Positions 1-8,919 of a DNA stretch of 64,000 nt are shown here, one piece after another. The DNA is from an uncultured Acidobacteriota bacterium (GTDB lineage Bacteria > Acidobacteriota > Vicinamibacteria > Fen-336). The translations under genes were made by a program, and so were the position numbers. The notes below the pieces were generated by a model, which made no database searches, was not told the DNA's origin, and saw nothing but the letters and a program-made list of their open reading frames with translations. The stretch is taken from contig OY970399.1 of the NCBI GenBank assembly GCA_963720545.1, positions 480,001 through 544,000 of the forward strand, in the 5' to 3' direction. How positions within the stretch are numbered: the stretch's first letter is position 1; each line of letters starts with the position of its first letter.

Positions 1-575
1 AATTCGCCCGACGGCAGCGTGAAGCCATACTCGACGCGGTAGGCCGCACGTCGCGGGTCGACGCGCAGCGAGCACGAGCGCGCCTCGGCGGGCAACAGCA
101 CGAACTCGGGGTGCAGGCCGCGCTCGTCGGTGACGCGCAGGGTTGGCCGCGCCAGCGCGACCGTGCGCTCCCCCATCTCGCCCAGCAGCGTCGCGACCGC
201 CTGCGCGCTGGCCTGCCAGAAGACGAGCAGTGAGTCGGGATCGCGGGTGAAGAGCTGCACGAACGTGGACGTGGCGCCAGCGCCCTCCGCGCTGCGCTGC
301 GGAAGGGGGCGGCGGGCCCTGGACGCGGGCACGGCAGACGGCGCGATGGGCGCCGCTTCGCGGTTTTTCTCGACCACGTCGACGCGCAGCAGCCTGGGCT
401 TGGCCGACGGCGTTCCCGCCTTGGCCTTCGGACGACGAGCGCGAGCCGCAGGCGCCTGCGTGCGTGGTGCGCGGCGCGGTGCCGCGGTCTTCGCCAGCCG
501 CCGGGTCCGGCCGCGTGCAGGCGGCTTCGGCTTGGCCGCTGCCGTGCGCTTCGCGGGAGCCTTTCTCGGAGCCAT
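1..575 (-). CDS. DUF4912-like protein with basic Ala/Lys/Arg-rich N-terminus (partial, runs off window start)
   Basis: Manual translation from ATG 575 (not in ORF track): MAPRKAPAKRTAAAKPKPP...VQLFTRDPDSLLVFWQ...YRVEYGFTLPSGEF; RDP..L.VFW and YRVE.G patterns resemble DUF4912. Confidence 0.65.
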   Translation of the reverse strand, partial: MAPRKAPAKRTAAAKPKPPARGRTRRLAKTAAPRRAPRTQAPAARARRPKAKAGTPSAKPRLLRVDVVEKNREAAPIAPSAVPASRARRPLPQRSAEGAGATSTFVQLFTRDPDSLLVFWQASAQAVATLLGEMGERTVALARPTLRVTDERGLHPEFVLLPAEARSCSLRVDPRRAAYRVEYGFTLPSGE

Positions 576-643
576 CGCGCTGCAGTATAGCCCCTAGCAA
601 AGGGTTCGCGCGGGGCTTTTCGCTGCGGTTGTCGCTCGCGTCG

Positions 644-1219
644 CTACTGCACGGGCGATGGCGACGGCGATGGCGACGTCGACGGCGAAGCCGGATCGCG
701 GCGGTCCGGGCGGCGCGCGTCGCGGCCGTGCCGGCCATCGTAACGGCCGCCAGGAACCAGCAGGCGGCGAATGCGCGCCTCCACTTCGGCCTCGAACACC
801 CGATATTTGGCGCGCTGCAACGGCGTCAGCGCCTGGTCGAGCGCCGCGATCGCCTTGCCAAGCCGCGCCGGGCCGTTCGTCTCGCTGTCCTGCACGGCAC
901 GCAGCGCGTCCTCGACCGCCGCTTCGGTGGCGGTGCCGGAGGCGAGGATGTCGCGGAGCACCCGCAGCCGCGAGGCGCGCTCTTCGAAGAACTGGCGCCG
1001 CGAGGCCTGCACCTCGCGCACCAGCGGGACCGCGCGCGCGAACTCGTCGTCGGTGAGGCCAAGGCTCTCCTGGAGGTGGCGCTCGAGGTAGGCGTCGGCC
1101 AGACGGAACATGCCCTCGCGGTCGCGCGGGCGATGCGTTCCTTGCGGCGTGTCCGCGAACGCGGCGGGCGCCGCCAGCACCAGCAGCAGCAGCGCGCCGA
1201 GCGAGCGCGTGAGCGTCAC
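644..1219 (-). CDS. Exported helical protein (Spy/CpxP-like) of ECF operon
   Basis: GTG 1219 overlaps upstream TGA; signal peptide LLLLVLAAPAAFA; LGLTDDE and LTPLQRAKY motifs. Confidence 0.7.
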   Translation of the reverse strand: MTLTRSLGALLLLVLAAPAAFADTPQGTHRPRDREGMFRLADAYLERHLQESLGLTDDEFARAVPLVREVQASRRQFFEERASRLRVLRDILASGTATEAAVEDALRAVQDSETNGPARLGKAIAALDQALTPLQRAKYRVFEAEVEARIRRLLVPGGRYDGRHGRDARRPDRRDPASPSTSPSPSPSPVQ

Positions 1220-1746
1220 GAGGAACCGCCCAGTTCCGCTTGCAACTCGGTCCGGAAGTCGGAGGCTTCGTCGTCGTCGAGCGCGGCGGCGCACTCCTGC
1301 CAGGTGCGACAGGCGAGGTCCGCGAGTGCGTCGCCACCGGCAGCCCCCAGCCCTTCGATCACGCTCGTCGCGCTGTCCGTTTCCACCGGCGGCAGCGCCG
1401 ACCACGACGGCAGGACCGGTTGCGGCGCCGGCGCGTGCGCGACGGGCGCGGGGCGCACCAGCACGAAGGCCACCACCGCCGCGGCGGCGAGGGCGGGCCA
1501 CACGAGCGCACGGCGCACCGAGCGTTCGTGGTCGATGCGGCGCCGCACGCTGCCGCGCATCGCCTGCCAGTATTGCGGCGACGGCTCGGGAACCTCGGCA
1601 ACGGCGGCCGACTCCACCAGCTCGGTGAACGAGCGCACCTGGTCGCGGCAGTCGCCGCAGGCCGCGACGTGCTCGCCCGCATCCTCGGTGCTTCGTCCTT
1701 CGGCCGCGTCCACGACTTCCCCCTCCGACAGGTGACTGCGCCTCAC
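1216..1746 (-). CDS. Zinc-binding anti-sigma factor (zf-HC2) with one TM helix
   Basis: HVAACGDC (HxxxCxxC), TM WPALAAAAVVAFVLV; GTG overlaps sigma-factor stop. Confidence 0.85.
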   Translation of the reverse strand: MRRSHLSEGEVVDAAEGRSTEDAGEHVAACGDCRDQVRSFTELVESAAVAEVPEPSPQYWQAMRGSVRRRIDHERSVRRALVWPALAAAAVVAFVLVRPAPVAHAPAPQPVLPSWSALPPVETDSATSVIEGLGAAGGDALADLACRTWQECAAALDDDEASDFRTELQAELGGSS

Positions 1747-2366
1747 AGGCTCGCCGCCTCGCCCCGCAGCAGCCGGCGCAGGTTGGCAAGCCCGTGAAAA
1801 AGGTTGGCCTTGACGGTGCCGACCGTCGCTCCCAGGATGTTCGCCACTTCCTCGTGAGTGAGGTCGTGGTAGACCTTGAGGATCACGGTCGCCTTCTGCT
1901 TCTCTGGAAGCCGGCTCACGGCCTCGCGCAGCACGCGGGCGCGCTCCGCGGCGAAGACTTCGTCCGCCGCAGACGGCTTGTGGTCGGCAAGACGTTCCGT
2001 CGCTTCTTCGGCAACAGCCTTGCGCGCGGCGCGGAAGTTGAGACAGGTGTTGATGCCGATGCGGTAGATCCAGGTGCGGAACGAGCTGTCGCCGCGAAAG
2101 CGCGCGAGCGCGCGATAGGCCTTGAGGAACACTTCCTGGGCCATGTCGTCGGCGTCCTGGTGATTGTTCACGTAGCGGTAGCACAGGCGGTACACGTCGC
2201 GCTGGTAGCGCGCCACCAGACGGTCGAATGCTTCGCGATCGCCGCTGCGGCTGGCCGCGATGTCTTTCGCGTCGTCGTCGCGCACGTGCGCGCGGGAGGT
2301 GTCCCCCCGCGCGTCGCTGATGGCGGCGCCGAACACTGCCGACAAGCCGGCCGCAAAGGTGGTCAA
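1743..2366 (-). CDS. ECF RNA polymerase sigma factor
   Basis: GDREAFDRLV, DADDMAQEVFLKAY, FRTWIYRIGIN, region 4 EEVANILGATVGTVKANLF. Confidence 0.95.
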   Translation of the reverse strand: MTTFAAGLSAVFGAAISDARGDTSRAHVRDDDAKDIAASRSGDREAFDRLVARYQRDVYRLCYRYVNNHQDADDMAQEVFLKAYRALARFRGDSSFRTWIYRIGINTCLNFRAARKAVAEEATERLADHKPSAADEVFAAERARVLREAVSRLPEKQKATVILKVYHDLTHEEVANILGATVGTVKANLFHGLANLRRLLRGEAASL

Positions 2367-2378
2367 AGAGATCGGCTC

Positions 2379-2945
2379 CTACTGCTGTTGCTGCTGGTCC
2401 TGCGGAGGTGCCGAAGACGGCTGTCCGGACGGCGCCTCTCCGCCGCGTCGGAAATGGCGCCAGTGCCCGCGGCGGCCATGCCGCCCGCGCTCCGACTTGG
2501 CGGCCGCCAGCTTCGTGCGCTGTTCGGGCGTCAGGATCTGCTGGAAGGCGAGCCGCTGGTCGATGCGTGCCTCGAACGCCTGCGCACGCAGCTCGGACAC
2601 GACCTTCGCCTGCTCGGCGATGGCGCCGCGATCCGGTTCGGGCGCCGACATCAGCTTCTCGAGCGCATCGTTCGCCGCCTTGGTCCTCGTCCAGCCGTCC
2701 TTCATCGCGGTCATGTTCTTGTCATGAAGCGACTTCACTTCGCCCATCTGTGCGGTGCTCAACCCGAGTTCTTTCTGCAGCCACGCTTCGTGGCGGTCGC
2801 CGCGGTCCCCGCGGTCCCACTTGTCGCCGCTGTCGCCACTCGTCCCGGAAGCCTCCTGCGCCCGCACACCGAAGGCGAAACCCGCAACCATCGCCGCCGC
2901 GGCGCAAGCCGCGAGCGCCCACAACTTCAATCGACCAAGAGCCAT
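2379..2945 (-). CDS. Spy/CpxP family periplasmic chaperone
   Basis: AGGAG before ATG 2945; signal peptide; LGLSTAQ and ILTPEQR (LTxxQ) motifs. Confidence 0.8.
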   Translation of the reverse strand: MALGRLKLWALAACAAAAMVAGFAFGVRAQEASGTSGDSGDKWDRGDRGDRHEAWLQKELGLSTAQMGEVKSLHDKNMTAMKDGWTRTKAANDALEKLMSAPEPDRGAIAEQAKVVSELRAQAFEARIDQRLAFQQILTPEQRTKLAAAKSERGRHGRRGHWRHFRRGGEAPSGQPSSAPPQDQQQQQ

Positions 2946-2964
2946 AGCCGTTCTCCTCGTCATG

Positions 2965-2993
2965 TTAGACCGCGGGCCCGGCGGATCGGTTGA
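2965..2993 (-). promoter_or_regulatory. Putative ECF (sigmaE-type) promoter for spy-sigma-anti-sigma operon
   Basis: Minus strand TCAACCG-N16-GTCTAA, same spacing as GGAACTT-N16-GTCNAA. Confidence 0.55.
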
Positions 2994-5091
2994 AGCGGAC
3001 GAGGGTGGCAAGAGCCGCTGCGAGTGGTGCCCGTCCGGCGAGCGTGAGGCTGGCCGTTCCGCAGCCGTCGAGGACGGTGAAGTCGGCCGACGCGCTTTCC
3101 GCGGTCACCGCGAGCGGCACATCCTCGGCGCCGCAGCCTGTCTTCACCTGCAACACGTCGCCAGCCGGCGGCGCCGAAAGGGGCGTCAGCGTGAGGGTCA
3201 GGCGGTAACGGCCCGGCGGCAGCGGCAGGCGCTCGGCGAGCGGCAGGCCAGCCGGTGCGCGGTGCGGCTCGTAGAGTGCGCCGGCGAGGGTCCAGTTTGC
3301 AGCGGCGCTTCGTGAAAAGGCCGAGCTCACGCCGAGGCGCACGGCCGGGCCGCCCACGACGCGCACCGCATCGCGCGCGCGGCTGCCTGGCGCGGGTGCC
3401 GCGAGCAGCGACGCTGCCGCGGCGAAGCCGGCGCATCCGGCGAGTGCGCCCGCCACCGGCCACGCACCCTCGCGCTGCGGCTCACGACGCGGCCAGGCGG
3501 CCGCCACGGCGAGCGCCGCGAGCCACAAGCCCGAAAGCTTCCAGCGGTCGGCAGCCGGAAGGACGAACCGCGGCAACACGTCGGTCCACTCGGCGGCGCC
3601 GGAAGCCGCGCGAAAGAACGCCGCCTCCCCCTGCCGGTCGCGGTGCATCAGGTCGGGCCGCCATGCGCCGGTGAGCCCGATCCACAACCCCCAGCCGGCA
3701 AGCAGGGCGCGCGGCGCGTTCCACTTTCCTGCAAGTGACGCGGCCAGGCCCAGGGCCATCGCCGGAAGCACCGGCACCAGCAGGCGCGCGGGCGGGTTGA
3801 AGCCGCCGCGCCACATCGTCCAGGCGCCCGCGCTCAAGAGCGCGGCGGCGATCAGGACCGCGCTGGTCGAGGCAGTCGGGCGTTCACGCCGCCACAACGA
3901 AGCGATCCCCAGCGGTACGAGCGCCAACACCGGCGCATAGATAAGGAGGCCGAATTCCTGATCGAGCAGCAGGCCGGGCACTCCCTCGAAAATCGATGCC
4001 AGCGCGAAGCGCGGGTGGCGGCCGAACACCCAGGCAGGATTCCAGAAGCCGTAGAGCCGCTCGTGATAGAGAACGATGGCGGCGAGCGAGAAAGCGCCGG
4101 CCGCTGCGGTGGTGATCCAGAGCAGGCGGCGTCGATGACTCAGCAGCACCGCCGCTGCGAGAATGGCGCTGAGCAGCGCGTAGCGAAAGTGCAGCCACGG
4201 CAGGAACGCAAGCGCGAAAGCCGCAGCGCCGAGCGACGCCGCCGACGGCCGCTTCGGGCTCACCACCAGCCGCAGCACAGTCGCGACGCAAAGCGCCGCG
4301 GGCACCTCTGTGAAGATGAGGCCCGCATAAGAAAGGAGGGGCGGCGAGAAGGCGACGAGCCACGCGGCCGCTTCCGCCGCCTCCGGTGGCACGACTGCGC
4401 GCAGCAGCGAGCGCACCTGCGCGACGAGCAGCACGCACAGCAGCGCCATGAAGTTGGATGCGGCGCCGTAGCCGCCGGCGAGAAATGCCGGTACGAGCAG
4501 CGCGGACAGGCCGATTGCATGCAGCGAGTAGATGACGCCGCCCTTGCCTCGCACGAGGTAGTGAGGCTCGAGCGGCGCTTCGTGATAGGTGCGATAGCGC
4601 CCGGCGGCGAAGTCGTTTTCGACGGCGAGGTCGCCATCGAGGATCAGGCTCTGCGCGACGATCAGGTAGTGCGGTTCGTCGCCTTGCGGGCCGACGAGCG
4701 CCTGGGTCCGATGCGCCGCACCGAGATAGAGCATCAGGCACGCGGGCAGCAGCGCGCGCGCTGCAGCGGCGCACCAGCTGCCGCGAAGCGACAGCAGGAC
4801 GGGGACGCCGGCCGCCGCGAAGAGCGGCGGTCCGGTGAGGAAGCGGAGCCCCGGAAGGAACGAGGCACCCAGAGCTATCGCGAGCACCGCCCACAGACCG
4901 TGCATCGGCCGGGGCGCACCAGGGTCGCGAGACGCCGCGAGCAGCCAGCCGACGACCGCGCCGAGGGCGGCTGCTGCCGGCGAAAAAGAGAACCAGACGC
5001 CGCCCGTATCGCTGGCAGCACCCCCGCCCGCCAGCCCAAGAACGGCGGCGAGCAGCAGCGATTCTGTGAGCGCCTCGCGATTGCGTGTCAT
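2965..5091 (-). CDS. Polytopic membrane protein, GT-C glycosyltransferase-like
   Basis: Many TM segments; GDEPHY motif; IFTEVPAAL. Confidence 0.7.
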   Translation of the reverse strand: MTRNREALTESLLLAAVLGLAGGGAASDTGGVWFSFSPAAAALGAVVGWLLAASRDPGAPRPMHGLWAVLAIALGASFLPGLRFLTGPPLFAAAGVPVLLSLRGSWCAAAARALLPACLMLYLGAAHRTQALVGPQGDEPHYLIVAQSLILDGDLAVENDFAAGRYRTYHEAPLEPHYLVRGKGGVIYSLHAIGLSALLVPAFLAGGYGAASNFMALLCVLLVAQVRSLLRAVVPPEAAEAAAWLVAFSPPLLSYAGLIFTEVPAALCVATVLRLVVSPKRPSAASLGAAAFALAFLPWLHFRYALLSAILAAAVLLSHRRRLLWITTAAAGAFSLAAIVLYHERLYGFWNPAWVFGRHPRFALASIFEGVPGLLLDQEFGLLIYAPVLALVPLGIASLWRRERPTASTSAVLIAAALLSAGAWTMWRGGFNPPARLLVPVLPAMALGLAASLAGKWNAPRALLAGWGLWIGLTGAWRPDLMHRDRQGEAAFFRAASGAAEWTDVLPRFVLPAADRWKLSGLWLAALAVAAAWPRREPQREGAWPVAGALAGCAGFAAAASLLAAPAPGSRARDAVRVVGGPAVRLGVSSAFSRSAAANWTLAGALYEPHRAPAGLPLAERLPLPPGRYRLTLTLTPLSAPPAGDVLQVKTGCGAEDVPLAVTAESASADFTVLDGCGTASLTLAGRAPLAAALATLVRFNRSAGPAV

Positions 5092-5123
5092 CGGCCGCTG
5101 GCGATTCTCCTAGAATCAAGGCA

Positions 5124-5972
5124 ATGGCTCGACTGTGCCTCTTCTGGGCCGCCTTTTGCATGGTGTTTCTGGGCGGCAGCGTGCGCGCCGACGAGGTGTG
5201 GCTGAAGGGCGGCGGCAAGCTCGACGGTGAAGTGGTCGAGACGACCGCCACCTACGTGGTCGTCGAGACGGCGCCCGGCCGCGTGCGGCTGCCGCTCACC
5301 CGCGTCCTGCGCATCGTCAAGACGCGCTCGCCGCTCGCCAACTACCGCGGCATGTCCGGCGGCGTCGCGAGCAACGACGTCGAGGGCTGGCTGGCGCTCG
5401 CGCGCTGGGCGCACGCGAACCAGCTCGACACCCAGGCGCGCCAGGCCTATGAACGGGCCGCGACTCTCGACCCATCGCGCGCCGAGGCACAGCTGGCACT
5501 CGGCAACGTCCTCTATGACGGCCGCTGGATGACGTCCGAAGACAGCTATCGCGCGCGCGGCCTCGTCAACTTCGAAGGCGCGTGGCTGTCGAGCGCCGAG
5601 GTGTCCGCGCGCCTTGCGGAGCGCGCCGCGCGCCGCGAAGCGCAGACTCGCGAGCAGGAAGCGGCGGCGCGCCGCGCCGAGGCCGACGCGAAGGCGCGGC
5701 TCGCGGAAGCCAAGGCGCGCCAGGCGCAGGCGGAGGCAGGCTATTGGCCGGCCTACGGCGGCGTCATCATTCCCTGGCCGTACCAGCCATGCTGCGGGCA
5801 GCCGCACGCTCCGGGATTTTGTCCGTACTCGACGCGCACCGTGATCCGCCCCGTGCCGCCGCGTGCCATGCCGAACCCTCAGCCCCAGCCGCCGCGGCAG
5901 CAGCCACAGCCCCAGCCGCGCGCCCGCCCGCAGACGCAAAGCGGTGCCCGCGCCGGGGTGGTTCGCCACTAG
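5124..5972 (+). CDS. Exported hypothetical protein with TPR-like segment and Pro/Gln-rich tail
   Basis: Signal peptide then DEVWLKGGGKLDGEVV; WLALARWA...AQLALG. Confidence 0.7.
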   Translation: MARLCLFWAAFCMVFLGGSVRADEVWLKGGGKLDGEVVETTATYVVVETAPGRVRLPLTRVLRIVKTRSPLANYRGMSGGVASNDVEGWLALARWAHANQLDTQARQAYERAATLDPSRAEAQLALGNVLYDGRWMTSEDSYRARGLVNFEGAWLSSAEVSARLAERAARREAQTREQEAAARRAEADAKARLAEAKARQAQAEAGYWPAYGGVIIPWPYQPCCGQPHAPGFCPYSTRTVIRPVPPRAMPNPQPQPPRQQPQPQPRARPQTQSGARAGVVRH

Positions 5973-5975
5973 CGG

Positions 5976-6018
5976 TTGCTTTTCGCCTTTCCTTCGCCTA
6001 GAGTGAAGGCGGAGCGGA
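5976..6018 (+). promoter_or_regulatory. sigma70-type lexA promoter with candidate operator repeats
   Basis: TTGCTT(5976)-N17-TAGAGT(5999); spacer is TTCGCC-N5-TTCGCC. Confidence 0.55.
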
Positions 6019-6027
6019 GGGCCACAG

Positions 6028-6633
6028 ATGTACGTCACGCGCCGGCAGAAGGAAATTCTCGACTACCTGTCGCGGCACATCACGCGCCATGGCTACGCGC
6101 CCACCATCGAGGAAATCGGGGGCCACTTCGGGCTCGCTTCCCTCGCCACTGTGCACAAGCACCTTTCGAACCTGCAGCAGAAGGGACTCATCAAGCGCGA
6201 GTGGAACCGCAGCCGCGCGCTCGAGCTCGTCGGCACCGACATGTCGGCGGCCGCGGTCGAGGTGCCGCTCCTCGGCCGGGTCGCGGCCGGCTCGCCCATC
6301 GAAGCCATCGAGTCGCGCGAGACGATCGCGATCCCGAAAGACATGGTGGGGCGCAGCGACACCTACGTGCTGCAGGTGAAGGGCGACTCGATGATCGACG
6401 AGCAGATCCGCGACGGCGACTACGTGATCGTCGAGAACCGCAAGAGCGCCCGCGACGGCGAAATGGTCATAGCACTCCTTTCGGGCGACAACGTCACCCT
6501 CAAGAAGCTGTACCGCGAGCGTGGCGGCAAGGTGCGACTGCAGCCGGCCAACGCGCGCATGAAGCCGCTGCTGGTGGCGGCCGACGACGTGCGCGTGCAG
6601 GGCGTCGTTGTGGGAGTGCTGCGCCGCTACTGA
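6028..6633 (+). CDS. lexA: SOS repressor LexA
   Basis: TRRQKEILDYL, PTIEEIG wHTH, VAAG cleavage site, GDSM Ser, TLKK Lys. Confidence 0.97.
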   Translation: MYVTRRQKEILDYLSRHITRHGYAPTIEEIGGHFGLASLATVHKHLSNLQQKGLIKREWNRSRALELVGTDMSAAAVEVPLLGRVAAGSPIEAIESRETIAIPKDMVGRSDTYVLQVKGDSMIDEQIRDGDYVIVENRKSARDGEMVIALLSGDNVTLKKLYRERGGKVRLQPANARMKPLLVAADDVRVQGVVVGVLRRY

Positions 6634-6679
6634 CCGTCATTCTGCGGCTGCTTCCCCCTAGACTAAGCCTCGAGGGATC

Positions 6680-6988
6680 ATGGAAGAACAGAAGAAGGAC
6701 ACGGTCAACTTCACGATAGTGCCCGACGACAATCCGGCGGTGGCGCGCGTCTACAGCAACTTCTGCGCGGTGCAGAACACACCCTTCGACTTCACCCTCA
6801 GCTTTTGCGAGATGCTGCCGCTCGGCGAACGCGAGGTGCGCTCGGCCCAGGAGCAGCAGGTGGTGAAGGCGCCGGTGCGGGCGCGCATCGTGTTGCCGGT
6901 GCAGATGGTCCCGGGCCTGATCGCCGCCCTTCAGGAGAATTTCCGGCTCTATCAGGAATCTCTCGGACCGCAGGGCCCGCTTCACTAA
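6680..6988 (+). CDS. DUF3467 family protein
   Basis: VYSNF...TPFDFTLSF...VRARIVLP pattern. Confidence 0.8.
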   Translation: MEEQKKDTVNFTIVPDDNPAVARVYSNFCAVQNTPFDFTLSFCEMLPLGEREVRSAQEQQVVKAPVRARIVLPVQMVPGLIAALQENFRLYQESLGPQGPLH

Positions 6989-7053
6989 ATGTCATATTTT
7001 GTTGCCCCTGGGAGCGGACCCGGCATGGCTGGGCGTGGTCCTAAGCTGGGTTC

Positions 7054-8139
7054 GTGAAAGGGCAGAAACCGAGGCCGCGGACCATACTCCACGTCGATCT
7101 CGACCCGTTCGTCGTCTCGGTGGAGCGCAGCCTCGACAAGTCGCTGCGCGGCGTGCCGGTCATCATCGGCCCGCTCGACGGCCAGGTGGCTGCCGCCAGT
7201 TCGGAAGCCCACCTCATGGGAGTACGCGCCGGCCAGCCTGTGGCGAAGGCCCTGCAGTTGTGCCCGCACGGCGCGGTCCGGCCGGGCGATCTCGAGGCCT
7301 ATGCGCGGGTCAGCGAACAGGTGTCTTCCATTCTGGCGAGCGTCAGCCGCCGGGTCGAACGCGCCTCCGCCGACGAAGCCACCCTCGACCTCACGCCCGA
7401 AGGTGCCCTGGCCGGCCGCCAGCCGGCGGCCGTCGCCGAATCGCTGAAAGACCGGCTGCAGCAGCAGCTTGGCCTCGACGCTTCGTTCGGCCTCGCCGGT
7501 TCGCGGCTCGCGGCCCGCGCTGCTTCACGTTTCGCCCGGCCACGCGGCCTGCTCATCGTGCTGCCCGGCTACGAGCGCCTGTTTCTCGACTCGCAGCCGC
7601 TCGACCTCCTGGGCGACATGCCGGCGCACGTCGAAAAGCTGCTGCTCGAGGCCGGCGTCACCACCATGGGGCACCTGCTCGCCCACGACGAAGACAGCCT
7701 CTCGGCAATCGTCGGGCCGCAGGTTGCGCCGCGCCTGCTGCGCACCGCCCGCGGCGAGGCCGAGGACCCCATCGCCGTCAGCGCGCCGCCGGCATGGGTG
7801 CACGAGGAGGCGGTGGTGCGAGATCCGCGCTCCGACGCTTCCATCCTGGTCGAGCTCGCCTCCGAGCTTGCGGTGCAGTGCTGCCGCCGGCTTCGGCCGC
7901 ACGACCTCGCGGTTGGGTCCATCGCGGTCGAGGTGGAGGGGCGCGAAGGCGCGGCCCGCCGCCAGCAAGACCTGGCGCCTGCCACCGCCGACGAAACCGT
8001 GGCGCGGCGCGTCGCGGCCGGCCTCACCGCGGCGCTCCTCGAACAGGGCCGCCGCGTGCGCCGCATCGAGGTGCGGTTCAGCCGGCTCGCACCGCGCGAT
8101 TCGCAGGTGCCGCTCTTTCCCGAAGCTTCGGGCAGCTGA
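7054..8139 (+). CDS. Y-family DNA polymerase (DinB-like, divergent)
   Basis: HVDLDPFVVSVE, SADEATLD, C-terminal QVPLF clamp-binding-like motif. Confidence 0.9.
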   Translation: MKGQKPRPRTILHVDLDPFVVSVERSLDKSLRGVPVIIGPLDGQVAAASSEAHLMGVRAGQPVAKALQLCPHGAVRPGDLEAYARVSEQVSSILASVSRRVERASADEATLDLTPEGALAGRQPAAVAESLKDRLQQQLGLDASFGLAGSRLAARAASRFARPRGLLIVLPGYERLFLDSQPLDLLGDMPAHVEKLLLEAGVTTMGHLLAHDEDSLSAIVGPQVAPRLLRTARGEAEDPIAVSAPPAWVHEEAVVRDPRSDASILVELASELAVQCCRRLRPHDLAVGSIAVEVEGREGAARRQQDLAPATADETVARRVAAGLTAALLEQGRRVRRIEVRFSRLAPRDSQVPLFPEASGS

Positions 8140-8160
8140 CAAGCTAAACTCCGGCTCGCC

Positions 8161-8919
8161 ATGCCGGTCCCCTCCAGGCGCCGCCAGCGGAAGCCCGCGC
8201 ACGCGCCTTCGCCGCAGTTCGCCGCAGCCGTCCTCGACACTCTGGAAAGCGTCTATCCCGAGGCCGACACGGCACTCGCCTACCGCAATCCGTTCGAGCT
8301 GGTCATCGCCACTATCCTCTCAGCGCAGTGCACCGATGAGCGCGTCAACATGGTGACGCCGGTGCTGTTCGGCCGCTACCAGACGCCGCTCGACCTCGCG
8401 AGCGCGCGGCCCGCCGACGTCGAGGCCATCATCAGGTCCACCGGCTTTTTCCGCGCCAAGGCGAAGAGCATCATCGGCTGCGCGCAGGCCCTGGTCGCCG
8501 ACCACGCCGGCGCGGTGCCGGCGACGATGGAGGCGATGGTCAAGCTGCCGGGCGTCGGGCGCAAGACCGCGAACGTGGTCCTGGGCCACGCGTTCGGCAT
8601 CGCCGAGGGCATAGCGGTGGACACCCACGTCAACCGCGTGTCGAACCGCGTCGGCCTGGCGCACGGCGAGGATCCGATCGAGATCGAGAAGCAGCTGATG
8701 GCTCTCATCCCGCAGGAGCGCTGGACCAAGACCACCGACCTGATGATCCAGCACGGCCGGAAGATCTGCGACGCGCGCCGCCCGCGCTGCGGCACCTGCC
8801 CGATCTTCGGCCTCTGCCGCTGGGAGCTGCGGCAGGCCTACGCCCATCCGGGAGCGGTGTCGCCCTCCACGCCGCGGCCACGCAGCCGCCCGGTCCTCTT
8901 GCGGCGCGTCAAACGGTGA
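8161..8919 (+). CDS. nth: Endonuclease III
   Basis: LSAQCTDERVN, HhH LPGVGRKTAN, VDTHV, Fe-S CX6CX2CX5C. Confidence 0.97.
   Translation: MPVPSRRRQRKPAHAPSPQFAAAVLDTLESVYPEADTALAYRNPFELVIATILSAQCTDERVNMVTPVLFGRYQTPLDLASARPADVEAIIRSTGFFRAKAKSIIGCAQALVADHAGAVPATMEAMVKLPGVGRKTANVVLGHAFGIAEGIAVDTHVNRVSNRVGLAHGEDPIEIEKQLMALIPQERWTKTTDLMIQHGRKICDARRPRCGTCPIFGLCRWELRQAYAHPGAVSPSTPRPRSRPVLLRRVKR

Noticed and set aside
5870..5935. CAG/CCG-rich repeats (also 53840-53960 and 11560-11670)
   Set aside because: Low-complexity Pro/Gln/Ala linkers within CDS
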